A stretch of 64,000 bases of DNA, taken from Microthyrium microscopicum (taxonomy: Eukaryota). Both the position numbers and the translations under genes were made by a program. The DNA lies in contig MU004231.1 of the NCBI GenBank assembly GCA_010405405.1, positions 4,018,884 to 4,082,883 on the forward strand, given 5' to 3'. The notes beneath the pieces are model-generated. The model ran no database searches, was not told the DNA's origin, and worked only from the letters and a program-made list of their open reading frames with translations. Positions 35,984-49,500 of the stretch are shown piece by piece; within the stretch, counting starts at the first letter, position 1, and each line of letters opens with the position of its first letter.

Positions 35984-38900
35984 CTTGGCGGTGGGTTGGA
36001 TTAGTTTTGGTGTAAGTGGTTTGGTTTGGTTTGGATGGTGTAGAGGATGAGGCGAGGTTTCAGCCTTGTGGTGGAAAGATTATTAGATGGTGGGAAGGGT
36101 GTTGGGATTGAGAGTGACTATGGGTCAGGTTAAGTACTTGTTGAGCAAGTGAGTGTTTGGCAGATTGGGTGGACCTGCCACCAAGTATTGTGCCTCTCGT
36201 CATGGGCTGTTTTATGCAAAAACTTGATTCTGGTGCGAAACAAACCGATTGGGTTTCTGAAGAACGGGAGGCTGAGGCCACTTTTCCAACGTTGTGCCCT
36301 GGCATGCCTGGTCGAGCATGGCATGTGCTGTGCCTATACAAACTTTTTCCCTTCGTTGAACAGATGGCACGGGCTACCCATGACGTACAAATGTATATAA
36401 TCTATATTATTGGCCGAATGGTCTCAGTTACTGAGCTAGTTTGCTGTTTGGCGCCTGAGATGGTCAGATGTGGTGATGGCTTTTAGGTAAGTGGTAAAAA
36501 CCTGGTATACGCCACGCAAGTTGTCTAGATGCAAGGCTCAAAAGCTACAGCAAGAATAATTCCCCGACTCGACAGTGGCCATGTTTCAACTACTCACACG
36601 ACGTCTTGAGCCGCCTTCAGCCACCAACCACGCATCTCAAGATTCAAGCTAGGGAATCTGCTCTGCCAACTTAATCTTGCTGAGGCACGGTTGGAAACGG
36701 CGAGATCAGCGAGTCACAAGGTTTGCGACGCTGGTCTTGATTCTTAAAACTCATCTCGATCAATATCATGTTTTCAAGCATGCCGAAAGTAACTGCGCAA
36801 TCTGCCACTTGATTTTTCCATAACCTTTAGCATTATTGATGCAAGAACCACGACCATGACCTTGTCGTCATGAACTAATACTTTCAATAAAAGCCTGAAA
36901 TAATAAAAGGCAGGGCATGAAGTTAGACATGTGCATTGATATCAAGATGTGTTGTCCATTGTAAGTGACGTGGGTCAAGAATGCAAGGGGTGCCCGGTTT
37001 TAAAATTGTCAAATTCTGCTGTGACCAAGTGATCCAGTCGACCAAGTATTCTTTGATTTGCTCACAGCGCTTCTAAGAGGTCGGGCGTTTTTGACGTTTT
37101 GAGATATTGCAAAATGTTGTGGCCAGTACTTTCGTTGGGTCTTCCCGGATAATTTAATCAATTTATCGCGAATTCCAGATCGGGTGTTCGCGACTGCATC
37201 GAGCCAGTGAGAGTGGTGGCGGGTTCTCGCGATTTCAACCGTGTTTGGGTTGGCTGCAATTTCAATAATTCCCGGGCAAAGAGTAGTTCTATGATGACAC
37301 AAAACAAGGATAAAAATTGAGTAGACTCCAGATTTCGATACTCATTCCAAAGCCAGCCTTGCCAGCTTGCAAGAATGAGATGTTGTGGTGCCAATAATAT
37401 CTGCCCAGTTACAAGGAAGTTAGGAAGTCAGTCGCGTCCTGGCATCGGCTGGAGAAGCTTCAAGCAGCAAGCAGCTGCCAGGTTCCGTTGCCAGAATTTT
37501 CTTCAAGACTTGCACCGCCTGATCGGACGCGGTTGCTTGCGTGCATCTCCATCTTTCTTCGACCCAAGGGAGAGCGACTGCGTGACAATTCAGAGGAGCA
37601 GTGAAGAAGGATGTTACTGATGGTAAGTTTGTAGAGTACTGAAGGCACTCGCAATGTCTTAGATCTGTGGTGAAAAATGCCAGAAAACGGAGGTTTGAGA
37701 CGCTCGATATTGACGAACTCCAAAGCACACCGACTTTTAAAATAGTTTCGAGATTGATAATGACTTGAGTAGAAGGTGGACTTGATGTGAATGAACTTTG
37801 AAGAAGCTCGTCACGACGGAATGGCTCCGTACTGTCAGACGGAACGAGATCAAGATGTCTGGATCTGATAACTCGCATCTTATCAAATCAGATTATCAGC
37901 TGAAGATAATCAACGGATCTCCGGGAAGTTTTGAAGATAGAGGCGAAGTGGGGTTTTCAATGATCTTGATGATTTCGGTGCTTCAGGATCCCAGCCAATC
38001 GACAAAACAGATACTAACCTTGCCTGCATAATCACTCGTTGACGTGATGCCAGCGATTGAAGCAATTGAGGCAATATTGAATGAGGAGACCTTGGGGCAA
38101 CACCATGAGCACAAGAGTTCGTGATTAGAGATTCACCCCACAGTCCAAACTCTAATCAGTGGTGCGGCAAGCTCGCCGTTGCTGACAAGCGGACATCGGA
38201 GAGTGGAGCGTAGCGTACCGCATTTCAAAGACGGCAATCTCCAACCGACCATTGGAAGACATGAATAATGCCTCCAAGGATTGATAAATATTTGGTCGAT
38301 ATTTCGCAATTCTGCCAGCATCTACTTGACCATCAATTGTCAGCGAAAATCGGCCTCCACAAACACTTCAAAAGACTTCACTCGCCTGATATCGGAACAC
38401 GTCCAATTTATATTGAAAGAAGAGACAAGTCAATAATTGCTAGAAAAGGAGGCAAGAGAGTCACTTGGGCCTTAGACCGACTTTTTCCGCGCCGGTGCCA
38501 TCTCAAGGAAGGAGCAAACACCGATTCTACGCGCGCCTGCCATTTCCACGGCGCTCAGCACGGCAGTAGCTACCCACAATCACTGATCGCCATCCAGAAC
38601 TCCATCATCCTCTCCAATTCTCCATCTCCATCTCTGACCACTTTACATTCACCTACGCCTCCTTCTGCTCATACTGGCATCTACAACTTTATTACACGCG
38701 CTAACTCTGTCAATTGCGTGTATTCATCCCAGGGGCACCGCTTCTTTAGCCAAAACGCGCTTTCCAACCTCGTCGCGTCTTACAAGGCGAAGGACCTGCA
38801 TCACCATCTGATTAGATCCCCAGCCGAGGATATCAAGGGTATGTCATTATTTGCCCCATTGACTCTCATATCTATGATCCCGAGGACACTGTCAAACATT

Positions 38901-39124
38901 GACTGCCCTGTCCACCACATTGTTTCCATGCCGTTTCCTTACCGATGATCGGGTTAAATGAAACTCTAAACTTTGTTTCTTTGCTAACTGCGTCCCGCAC
39001 TACAGCGCACCTCATTTTTTCACAAAGGCGACCTCGCCTCTTGCGAGCTCTCTACCATCTCCCTCTCCACCAAACGAGACCGATCCATACTCGACCCCGA
39101 TTACTTAGTCAACACTCCAAGAGT

Positions 39125-41144
39125 ATGATTAGCCAACATGATATCATTCCTGGGGCAGCTTCTGCCCAGAATGAGACTGATTGCTCCGACATGATCCCTT
39201 CCGAACCCTCAAGCACAGCTCCCGAACACGCGATTATGCGTCAATATCTCTCAATTGACCCCTCCGCCAAACACCAGCCATCCCCTCGATCATCACGCGA
39301 TAGCCTCGTTCCCTCTTATCAGTCGAGCACTCTGGAATCGCCCACAACTCCCCATACCGAACCACAATCAGACGAAGAACTCGACAATGTCTCAAGCCTA
39401 GCTATTGCTACTGTCGAGCACGAGAATGGCAAGCCTCGCCGAGCTAGTACAAGTCTGGTCACTCAAAATCGCGATGATCTTACGAAGATACTAGGTGATC
39501 CTGAGGCTGGCACAACATTATTACAAAAGCTTTGCTGCGGTGGAGGCTGTTGTTTAGCAAAACCAAACATCGATCTGGCCTTGTCCACCTCGTTCAATGA
39601 TCCAATTATTCCTTGCCCGGAAAATAAAGCTTTCAAAAGCTTAAAACTCAACTTGGGTGAATTATCCCTGGATACAGAACTTACATCCATCGCTCCTCTT
39701 CCTGAACAGACTGTTTCACTGGAAGCTTTAGCATCACAGACCTCTTGGGTCAAGCCCAAGCCTTCCTCGACGTTCCTCGCGCAACCTCCATCCTTCGTTC
39801 AACCACACCCTCCTTATCAAGTATACTCTGCGCCGATCTTCAATGCTAGAGAATTGACCAAGTCGGATGCTGAAAAGAGAACATTCCACTTTGACATTGA
39901 TGTCACGGACTATCCTGTTGAGAGCGGTGTGGATTTCAAGGTTGGAGGAGCAGTTGGTGTTTGCCCCCCGAACGACGATGGAGTAGTTGACGACATTTTC
40001 GATAGACTTGGCATACCAAAGTTTCTCAGAGATAAACCTTTCACTGTGCGAACAACCGGTGGACGATGGCCAACTATCTGGGGAGAAGAACAAGCCCGGG
40101 AACTCACTGCTACACGTCGTGAACTGCTCACATGGTGCTGTGATGTTCAAGGGACACCGCCTACAAAACAACTCCTCCGCGTTCTGGCCGAGCATGCCAG
40201 CGATCCAAGCGAAAAGAAGATCCTTACATATCTTGTGTCATCTGAAGGACAAGGAGCATTTTGCGACCTTCGGACCGGCCCATATATAACCCTTCCCCAA
40301 CTTCTTCACGCATTCCCATCATCTCAGCCTCCCCTTGACATTCTTCTTACCTGTCTCAAACAACTCATGCCCCGCTTCTACTCTCTTTCCAACGATCCTC
40401 ACGTATCATCCTCCCGGGAAGGTCTCTCTGGCCGTCGTCTCATTGAAATGGCTGTAACCATCCACGAAATGGATGACTGGCGAAACGGCACGCGAACTGG
40501 AATTGGCAGTGGCTACATGGAACGCGTCGCCAAGGCTTTCATCGCCCAGCAAGCCGCAAACCCCGACGCAACACCCAATCTTCATATTCCTCTATTCCGT
40601 GGTCTTATGGCAAATCCTCTTTCACGCGAATTTATCACCGATGGCCCCATGCTTCTCATCGGTGCCGGCGTCGGCATAGCTCCTTTCCGTGGTTTCATTC
40701 TTAACCGCTTCAAGAACGCCAACTGCGCCAACAAGGTCTGGCTACTTCAAGGCATCCGCGATAGCTCCAAAGACGAGCTATACTCGGGCGAGCTTGGTAA
40801 TGAAGAATCACAAATCAAGCGCGTGGTTCAAAGCCGCAAAGCAGATCCTAACATGGGCGAAGCAAAGTACGTGCAAGAAGAAGTGGTGCATCAAGCAGAC
40901 ATTGTTTGGTTCGTGGCCAACGCTGTCGATGGACGTGTCTTTGTCTGTGGCTCCAGCGAGGGTATGGGCGAAGGCGTCCACGAGGCATTGGTGCAAGTAG
41001 CCATGCAAAAGGGTGGTCTAGACGTGGAGCAGGCCGAGGCATATTGGGCTTCGAAGAGGGAGGGTGGGCAGTATATTGCTGTAAGTTTTCTTTTACTCCA
41101 CTCCTATGCTTCAAGTACTAATTATTATTCAGGAAGTGTGGTAA
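39125..41144 (+). CDS. FAD/NADPH-binding diflavin-reductase-like protein (CPR/MTRR-like) lacking the flavodoxin domain; start uncertain
   Basis: PRFYSLS, G.GSGY, LIGAGVGIAPFRGF, KYVQ and VFVCG. Terminal intron 41081-41132 gives the C-terminus YIAEVW*. N-terminal region has CCGGGCC. Confidence 0.87.
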
Positions 41145-42926
41145 TACCACGCATTGATGACTTTGCGTTTACTCAATTGATTTTCTGAGCTTGTATCGCA
41201 TTTGAACCGGAGCATTGGGGGCAGCGATCTTTTTTTCCCTTCATATACAAAGAAACGACGGTTTGAATTGGCGCGTCTTGCGCAAAAGCGAATATACATA
41301 CACGGGTTTCACAACTATACTTTGGATGTTCCTCCACAGGACTGGAAGGCGTTTTTGTCGATATACAGGATGATTGATGATTTGCTTGATACGGGCAGTA
41401 GCTAGATTATTACATTGCTGCATAGATGATGATCTGAGTTGTTTCTCGTTTATTCCGTGACGTGCTCGCCTGTTGATAGTTCGTGGTGTCGGTCCGAATG
41501 GGTTGGCCTTGACGGCCTGATGTGTTTTTAGTGTGGAAGGTTGGGCCTTGATGTGTTGGTGCTCAATGTCAATGATAATTGCTTTTTCGGATGGCTGCCA
41601 CAAGGCTGAAAATGCATAAAACATATCAAGAACTTTTGATGTCTACACATGCCTTACGACGATCAAGAATTGAAAAGAGAGGTTGTATCTCCAATCATGC
41701 TTTCTGTTATGGAACAAAATCTCGAGTCATTTCAGCTTCTCCCCAGGTACCACAGGAGTTCAGATTTTATACCCGTTCAATCCATTGGAGAATAAGAGCA
41801 TGGCAAGCAGGGGTGCCACGATATATCAAATTGGTGTAACTTTACCTTTTGACTAGTAACATAGTATCATGCACGTCTTAAGGCTTTGGTACTTGGCTGT
41901 CACTAGTATTTATGGATGGTGATAGTTGACTTGTATCAATATTACTATTGGGTAGATGAGGCAAGTCTAGACGAAAATCAATTACTCACTTTGAACTTTG
42001 GTGGGTAGCGACTGGAGTCCTAATATGTAAACCTGCAAGACATCAGCTGAGTCTTTCCTCGAATAACTACTTTTGGATATAACCAACTGCAGGATATAGG
42101 AGCCATGTTTCTCTTGGTTACTCAGACTTCCTCTTTCTCTCTGTTGTTGTCGTACTTGCTTTCCTACTTGGGATATACCAACGGTGTTTAGGCGATTGAG
42201 TCTAGCAGTAGGTCGGTACCGTACTTGTCGACATCCGCCATCTCTTTGCCGTAACCTCACACTACTCTACTCTACTCCTCCTTTTTCCTACCATGAGTTT
42301 TGCATTCAAACTTTGGAACATCTTCTCATTCTTCGCGGTTTTATCCATCTCTGCTCTTCTCCATCCCCTACTACACCTATCATCCAAGTCAAAAGTTCAC
42401 TGATCCAACATTGAACTGCACGAACCCTGTCTATCCTACGGTTCCTGCAACCTGCACGTTGTCTGCAGCATCAAAGATCAATTCGACCAAACAACGGGCC
42501 CGTTATCAGCCGCTAAACATATTCAATCCAGGTCTAATCCTTGCTCCAAGCTCCAGAGTCCAGACTCGATTGAACCTCTCCAAAGACCTCCACGATAGTT
42601 AAGAATCGCTCAGGTAATCCGCCATCCGCCCCATTGGCTCACACCCGAACAAATCATCAACATCTCAGCCTCGTAGAGCAGCACGCGACCTCGTACTCCG
42701 CCAATTCCGTCTACTCTAAACAATTTCTTCTGATCTCAAGACCACTTCACCACCCATTATCCAAAGGCGGTCAATAAACACATACATCCTGCAACCTGCA
42801 GTTCCTGCACATCTCCCATCACGCTAATCGGCGTCGTTCCCGTCGATCCGTCAACCTTGCAGCAGCCGCACACAATCTCCTATAAACCCAGTATAAAAGG
42901 GTCCTCACCCCACCACCCCACAACAG

Positions 42927-44660
42927 ATGAAGGGCCTCTTCCGACGCGGCAACAAACACTCCCCCAACAACCCCTCCACACCCTCAAACACCCCAACACC
43001 ATCATCAAACAACCCATCCGATCCACGCACAGTATTCCCATCTTCTCGCTCCAATAGCGGTGGTAGCGCCAGCTCCGGCGGCGGACACTTGGGATTCGCT
43101 CATCGAGGCCGTAGCAACATGGCAGCAGTGCAGAACGTTGAAGACAACGATGATGGTCCGCTGCCAACGTGTCCAGATCCACATGTTGATCCGGCAGGCT
43201 ATTTGCGGAGTATTCAGGCGGTAAGGGAGCGGTGTGGGGTTGTGTTTGACAAGGCGAGGAGGAATGAGTTGAGGCATTTTGAGGTGGATTGGTCTAAGTT
43301 TGACGAGACCTCTAAGTGGGTGGAGAAGATTATTAGAGTGAGTTGATCTATTGGCAAGGGTTGTGGGATGGTGTGGCTAATGGGTGTGATTGTTGTAGAG
43401 AGACTTTCAGGGCGATTATTCAAAGATTCCTCCGCATGGTCGATGGCAGCACTTTGAGGTTGGTGGTAGACCGAGAGTGGGTCAGCTTATTTCGACTTGG
43501 CCGAATTCGATTGTCGATGTTCAGGAGCAGACGAGACGGCTGATTGACCTATTTATGGTTTCTGTGCTGTTGGATGCTGGTGCGGGCACGCAGTGGAGCT
43601 ATAGGAGCAAGGAGAATGGCCGGTTGTATAATCGCTCAGAGGGCCTGGCTGTTGCGAGTATCGAGATGTTCAAGGCTGGCGCATTTAGCTCTGATCCGGT
43701 GGAGAAATGCCAGGTCGATGCCGAAGGCTTGAAACAGTTGACAGTTCAGTATTTGGGCAAAGGGCTACAAGTCTCTGAACACAATCCAATTGAAGGACTC
43801 GAAGGCCGGACAGGTCTTCTTCAACGATTAGGAGACGCCCTCGCAATCAACCCCGAAATGTTTGGAGCCACAGCCCGCCCAGGAAACATGCTCGGTGGGT
43901 AATCTCAACGCTTTCTTCGCACATAGCTAACTTATACAGACTACCTCCTCGCCCATCCCACCACCGAAGCATCCGGCGGCCCCGTCATTCAAGTAACAAC
44001 TCTCTGGGACGTCCTAATGACCGGCCTCGCACCAATCTGGCCCGCCAGCCGACACACCATCAACAACATCCCCCTCGGCGACTGCTGGCCCTGCACCACC
44101 ATGCCCAGCACTCCCGATTGGGCCAACTTCGTCCCCTTCCACAAACTCACGCAATGGCTCGCCTACAGCCTAATGGGCCCCATGGAACGTCTAATGGGTG
44201 CCCGATTCCGCAATATCAAACTCATGACTGGCTTGCCCGAGTATCGCAATGGTGGCTTGCTGATTGACACGGGACTACTGACGCTCAAAGAGGCGGATCG
44301 GAAAGTGGGTGAGAGACAGTACCATGAGCATATGAAGGCACGGGGTGTAGAGAGTATGGAGGTTGTGCCGGCTTTTGAACCGAGTGATGATGTTGTTGTT
44401 GAGTGGCGGGCTGTTACGGTAGGGTTCTTGGATGAGATTGCGAAGAGTGTTAATGAGCGGTTGGGTTTGACGGGGAAGAGTGCGTTGAGTTTGGCACAGG
44501 TGCTTGAGGCGGGTACTTGGAAGGTGAGTTTTGCTGAATGTTTGGAATGTATGATGAATTGCTAATGGTCTTGTAGGGCGGTCGTGAGATTGCGGCGGTT
44601 TCGAGACCGAATACGAAAGAGCCGCCTATTATGATCATATCGGATGGAACGGTCTTCTGA
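42927..44660 (+). CDS. URC4: Uracil catabolism protein Urc4/Urg3 family (DUF1688)
   Basis: YLRSIQAVRERC, IPPHGRWQHF, SVLLDAGAG, RSEGLAVAS, PFHKLTQWL.YS, TGLPEYRNGGL, EWRA.TV, LEAGTWKGGR and terminal SDGTVF. Introns 43338-43398, 43895-43939 and 44524-44576. Confidence 0.93.
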
Positions 44661-44992
44661 TTCGAGATCTCGTATCCTTATGCAAAAGCCCAGAGCTGAC
44701 TCTGGCAATGTCCTCCGGAATCGACAGATTGAGCGCTCATACGCTGGGGCACTGGCTTCATCATTATACTCCTTCCAATACCTCTATCAAAAGCCGGCCC
44801 GGTACCACCAACTATACCACTTGTTCAATCTTTCCCTCTGGAGTCCGATTCCCCTCTATTATATCTTAGACCACGACAAATCACATGATTACCCCTTAAT
44901 GTATGATATCACTCATAACCAAAAATAAAAAGGTATCATCAAATCATCAAATCGCTAACATCCAAGAACCTACTTTGACTGTCCATACATTG

Positions 44993-45726
44993 CTAATACA
45001 TCCCCGGTATCAACTGCCACCTCGTACTCTGGCAATACTTCTTCCACAGCTCCCCATACTTCTCATCACAATACCCTTCCAACCCAGGCATCGCATTAGT
45101 CACGATATTACTCACATACATACCCCCCGCCAAAACCGCATACACCGGTCCCCCCAACGCCATCCCATACCCTATACCAAACAACACATTGGCCGTTTAA
45201 TTCACATGTCTCGTCATCGCCCAGAAACCACTCGTGCACAGCTTCCCCTCATTTTCCGGCTTCCTCTTGAACGTATGGCGCTGTATCTCCGCCGCAATCT
45301 CAAGCCCTACGGACGCATAGAAAATACTCGCTCCTACATAAAACAGCTTCTCATTCCAGAACGGATTCGACGCTCCTGCGCTGTGCTGGTCGCTTCGTAT
45401 AGAAAATCTGCGAGTATCGCGAATGTTGCGAAGGGGAGTGTCATGGGCTCGCGCATTAGGCTGTTGAACCAGAGGATATGTTTTGCGGATAGCACGGCGG
45501 GCAGTGGCGCGACGAGGAAGGGGAGGCGGGGGTAGGTATGTCCGAGGACGCTGAGTGTTGCTGGTGTGCCGAGGGGGATGGGCGGGACGTTGAGGTGTTG
45601 GAGTGGTGGGCGGGTGGGAGGAGGTATTGGAGGGGCTGGTGAGGAAGCGGCCGGTGTTGAAGAGGAGGGTGGGGAGGAGGGGGTGTGGGCGTAGATGCCT
45701 CGCTGGACTGAGACGTCGGCGGGCAT
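44993..45726 (-). pseudogene. Disrupted steroid-5-alpha-reductase C-terminal-like/DUF1295 membrane protein
   Basis: Homology-like blocks lie in different frames (QRG.Y, LFNTGR, LQY, KH..W...REPM, EIQR..FK..P.N.GKLCTSGFWAMTRHVN). An in-frame TAA at 45197-45199 is followed by the remainder ...YCDEKYG..W..Y......LIPGMY. Confidence 0.8.
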
Positions 45727-46374
45727 TTTGGCGGTTTGGATGCTGAGGGGGAGATAGGGTGGTGGTGGGTTGTAGAGTGGGAGTCGGGTTGATATATTGA
45801 TGGATGTTGTGAGGCATAAGGGACTTGAGCTGACGTGAGAGCGCAAGTGGACTAAGGGGAGATTGATTGGACTTTATGGTCTTTGCCTTATTGATTGTTT
45901 TATCTTTAATTCTCTCTGATATAGCTTTCCTACTTCTAATACTTTTAAGGTCGAGGTATTTTGGGTTGACAAGTGAGAATATCATTATCGTTGTGATAAC
46001 TGGCGTCCCAATATCGATCCGGAGCAACATTATTGCTACAATCAGAGAAAGAGTTGCGAGCATGGCAAACATGAACGACCATTTGTTCTAGTTCTTGTTT
46101 GTATATATTCACTAAGTTATCAAAGGTCTTAAGAATTTTCAATGTCGGTTCATTTCGCTCAGCTCCCAGTCAATAACGAAACAGTCGGAGTTGAAAATGC
46201 TCGGACTAATCTGAATGATGTCAACTTTTTTTGCAGAATCACATATAGTACTGAAAAGGATTGATTCAATTTCTACTTGGACCAAAATCTCTAGAAAACA
46301 AACTTGTTCGATTGGTTTCTAGTTCTTGAAAATGCTGTGACAAATCAAAACTGGCTAGGGTGGACTTGACTTTC

Positions 46375-46530
46375 TGTTAGAAGGTGATCCAAAAGGGACA
46401 AAGCTTTTGGGTGGTAGAAGATAATATTAAAACGGACAAGTCCTTAATCTAAGGGTGTGGGAAGTATTTATTACTTATATAATTTGTACTAAGTTAGTAT
46501 TTTCTTAATATTAAATAATATTTTTTAATA
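46375..46530 (-). repeat. 3' LTR (156 bp) of the Copia element
   Basis: Begins TGTTAG and aligns without gaps to 56545-56700, with 23 differences that are all transitions. Confidence 0.92.
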
Positions 46531-49500
46531 CTCCTTTTTAATAGTAGTACAAATTAATATTATAAATCTTATTTATATTATCTAAAATACTTATTTCTTT
46601 TAAATTATATAATACTAGTATATAACGTAAGTTAGTACTTAGCTAGAGGTTATAAGGCTACGCACTACTATATTAAGGTAAATTAATATAAATAACTTTT
46701 ATATTAACTAAAAAATTATATATTGTTTAGATATAGTTTTTTAGATCTACTAGATTAAGCTCTTTAATATAGGTTTTAAACTTTATAGAAATTAAAGACT
46801 TTATAAGACTATTTATAATATTCTTTATTATTAGAACCTAGTCTATATTAATTTTACCTTTAGTAACTTAATTATAAATAAAGTAATACTAGATATTAAT
46901 ATATTTTAACCTTTTATAAAATATTAGGTTCTTAGCTAATGCTAGTATTCTAAGGTTATTATTATATATAGTAATAGCTAAAGGGCCTTTGTATTAAAAG
47001 TTAGATATTAATTCTTTAAGCTAGATTACTTCTTTAGTAGCTTTAGATTTAGTAATATATTTAGCTTTATAGCTAAATAAGGCTATTATTACTTATTATT
47101 TAGAGCTTTAGCTAATTATTATACTACTAATCTTAAAAATATAGCTACTTATTAATTTTTTTTTCTCTTTATTTCTTTCTTAATTAAAGTTAGTTTAGTT
47201 TATTAGATTTATTTCTATATTACTATTTTTAATAATTAGTCTAAGGTTCTTAGTTTTATAAAGATATTTAAGAAGATATTAAGTAGCTATTATATATTTC
47301 TTTACTAGATTTAAGGAGAAATAGTTAAGGATTAATATTAAGTAGTAAAGATTAGGTTTTATTCTAAGTATAAGATATATAACTAAGCTAATAAGAGATT
47401 AGTACTATTTAATATCTTACTCTTTAGCTTTACTAGTATTAGTAATAAGCTTAAGATTATTAAGTATTAGAGTTTTGACCCTTTTATTAATACTATTAAA
47501 TTCAAAGTTATTAAGGATCTTTTAATAGTATATATCTTAAAATATTATAAGTTTTAACCCTCTACTAAGCTTTTTATAAGTAATTTTAATTCTTAAGTAA
47601 TAAGATTTTACTAAGGTTTATTATTTTAAAACGTTTAGTAAGTCTTTTTTTAAAAGACTTAATTACTTTAAGGTTTTTATTAAATATTAAGAAGTTATTA
47701 ATATAGATAGTAATAATGACTTTTATTTTATAATTAATAAAGATATTTTTATTATAAGAATAGGGTTTAAAGCTAAAATTTATAAGTACCTTTTAAAGTA
47801 TAAAGAACTAGATTTAGGAAGCTTGCTTAAGTTTATAAATAGCTTTATTAAGTTTAGCAACTATACCTTTATAGGTATAGTTTAGTAGTAATTCTATATA
47901 AATTATTAGAACGTTTTTTTTTAGGTTTATATTATTATAGAGAAACGTAGTCTTTATATTTATTTAATAAATATATTAGTTATAAAAGATAGCTAGTATA
48001 AAGAGTAGTCTCTAGCTTATTAATTTAACTATAAAGGTAAAGGTTTTAAAGTAATTAATTTTATATACTTACTTAAAGTTATAAACAACCTAGCGTACTT
48101 TATAGTAAATAATATTACTTTTTAAGTTCTATTTAATCTTAAGAACGTATCTACTAGATATAATATAAGTGCCTTTTAGAGAATAAGGAACTATATCTTA
48201 TATATTATTATTTAATAAAGATAAATACTTATCTTTAATAATATCTATTTAGTTATAAATAAAAGAAGATTTAAGTATTTAGATATAGTTCTTTAGTTTA
48301 AGGTTATTTTTATCCTTTTTAAGAAGGTAAAAGTTAGGTAATATTATTATAAGAAAGAGTTTAATAGTTTAATGTTTTTTAGTAATTAAGAGAATCCTAA
48401 TATACTTAGTAATTTCTTTAAGAGTATTTTCTTTAGGCTTAGATTTAATAATAGCTTATATTTCTTTTCGTTCTTTATAAATTATTAGAATTTTATTAAT
48501 ATTATCTTTCTTAGTAACTTATTCCTTAGTAAGTAGTAATAAGAGATTAGATTTTTCTTTATTAGTAAATATAGTAAGATAAGTGTCTTTATTATTATTT
48601 AGAATATAATAAATAAGTTTTTTATTAGGTTTAACTATATTATCGTAGAGTAAAGTTAAAGACTAATTTAGTTTATTATATTTTTTCTTAAAGTAGTTAG
48701 TAGCTTTATATTTATAAGAGTACTCTCTTTTAATAGAGGTAAGAGTAATATATAAATAAAGACTTATAAAGAGTATAAGATAGTTTATTTAAAGGATATT
48801 AAATATATATAGTAGAAATTCTAATTACTTAGGAAATGTACTTTCTTTAAATTAAAGATTTTTAATAATTTTAATAAAGCCTTTGCTAGTGTTTTAGACG
48901 TAATATTAGTTAGTTTTAATTTAAATATTATAGCTAGATTTGTTATAATTAAGAAGGAAATATTATTCTATTCTAGTATTAGTTTTCTTTAGGCTATCTT
49001 ATAGGATAGGTTTCTAGTAGAGAGAGTTAATAATGTAGAGATTTAAGAGATTAGATTCTTTATTATAGAATATTTTATATAAAGATTTGTTTTAGTAATT
49101 AATTAAGGTAGTTATAATATTAATAAGAATAATAGTAATACTAATTATTTTAGTATATAGTATTAGTAAGAAGTATATATAGTATAGTAGTAAATAAGCT
49201 ATATTACTTAGAGATTATATACTTTTTTTAAAAACTTTATTTTATTTAGAATTATATAGAGTTATTAGTTTAGGGTAGATTTTATTCTTTTATTATATAG
49301 TATCTATATTAATATTTTAGAATTCTAAATTATTATTATATTTTATAACTTTAACTTTATTACTATATTTATTCTTAATTTAGAGTCGCTATTCTTTAAT
49401 AAGAAATAGTACATTAATCTTTAATAATATAAAGTAGATCTAACGAAATTAAGAATAATTATTTATAATAATAAGCTAGTATAGCTTTTACCCTTTTTTA

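Noticed and set aside
37009..38031. Overlapping minus-strand ORFs that look vaguely coding
   Set aside because: No recognisable domain and no coherent exon chain.
45197..45199. TAA as a stop corrected by A-to-I editing or readthrough
   Set aside because: The expected residue is Tyr, not Trp, and the gene also has frameshifts, so pseudogenisation is simpler.
45727..46072. 5' part of the 291-aa ORF 45197-46072
   Set aside because: It lies upstream of the plausible ATG (45726), shows no family resemblance, and is a frame mosaic of the pseudogene.
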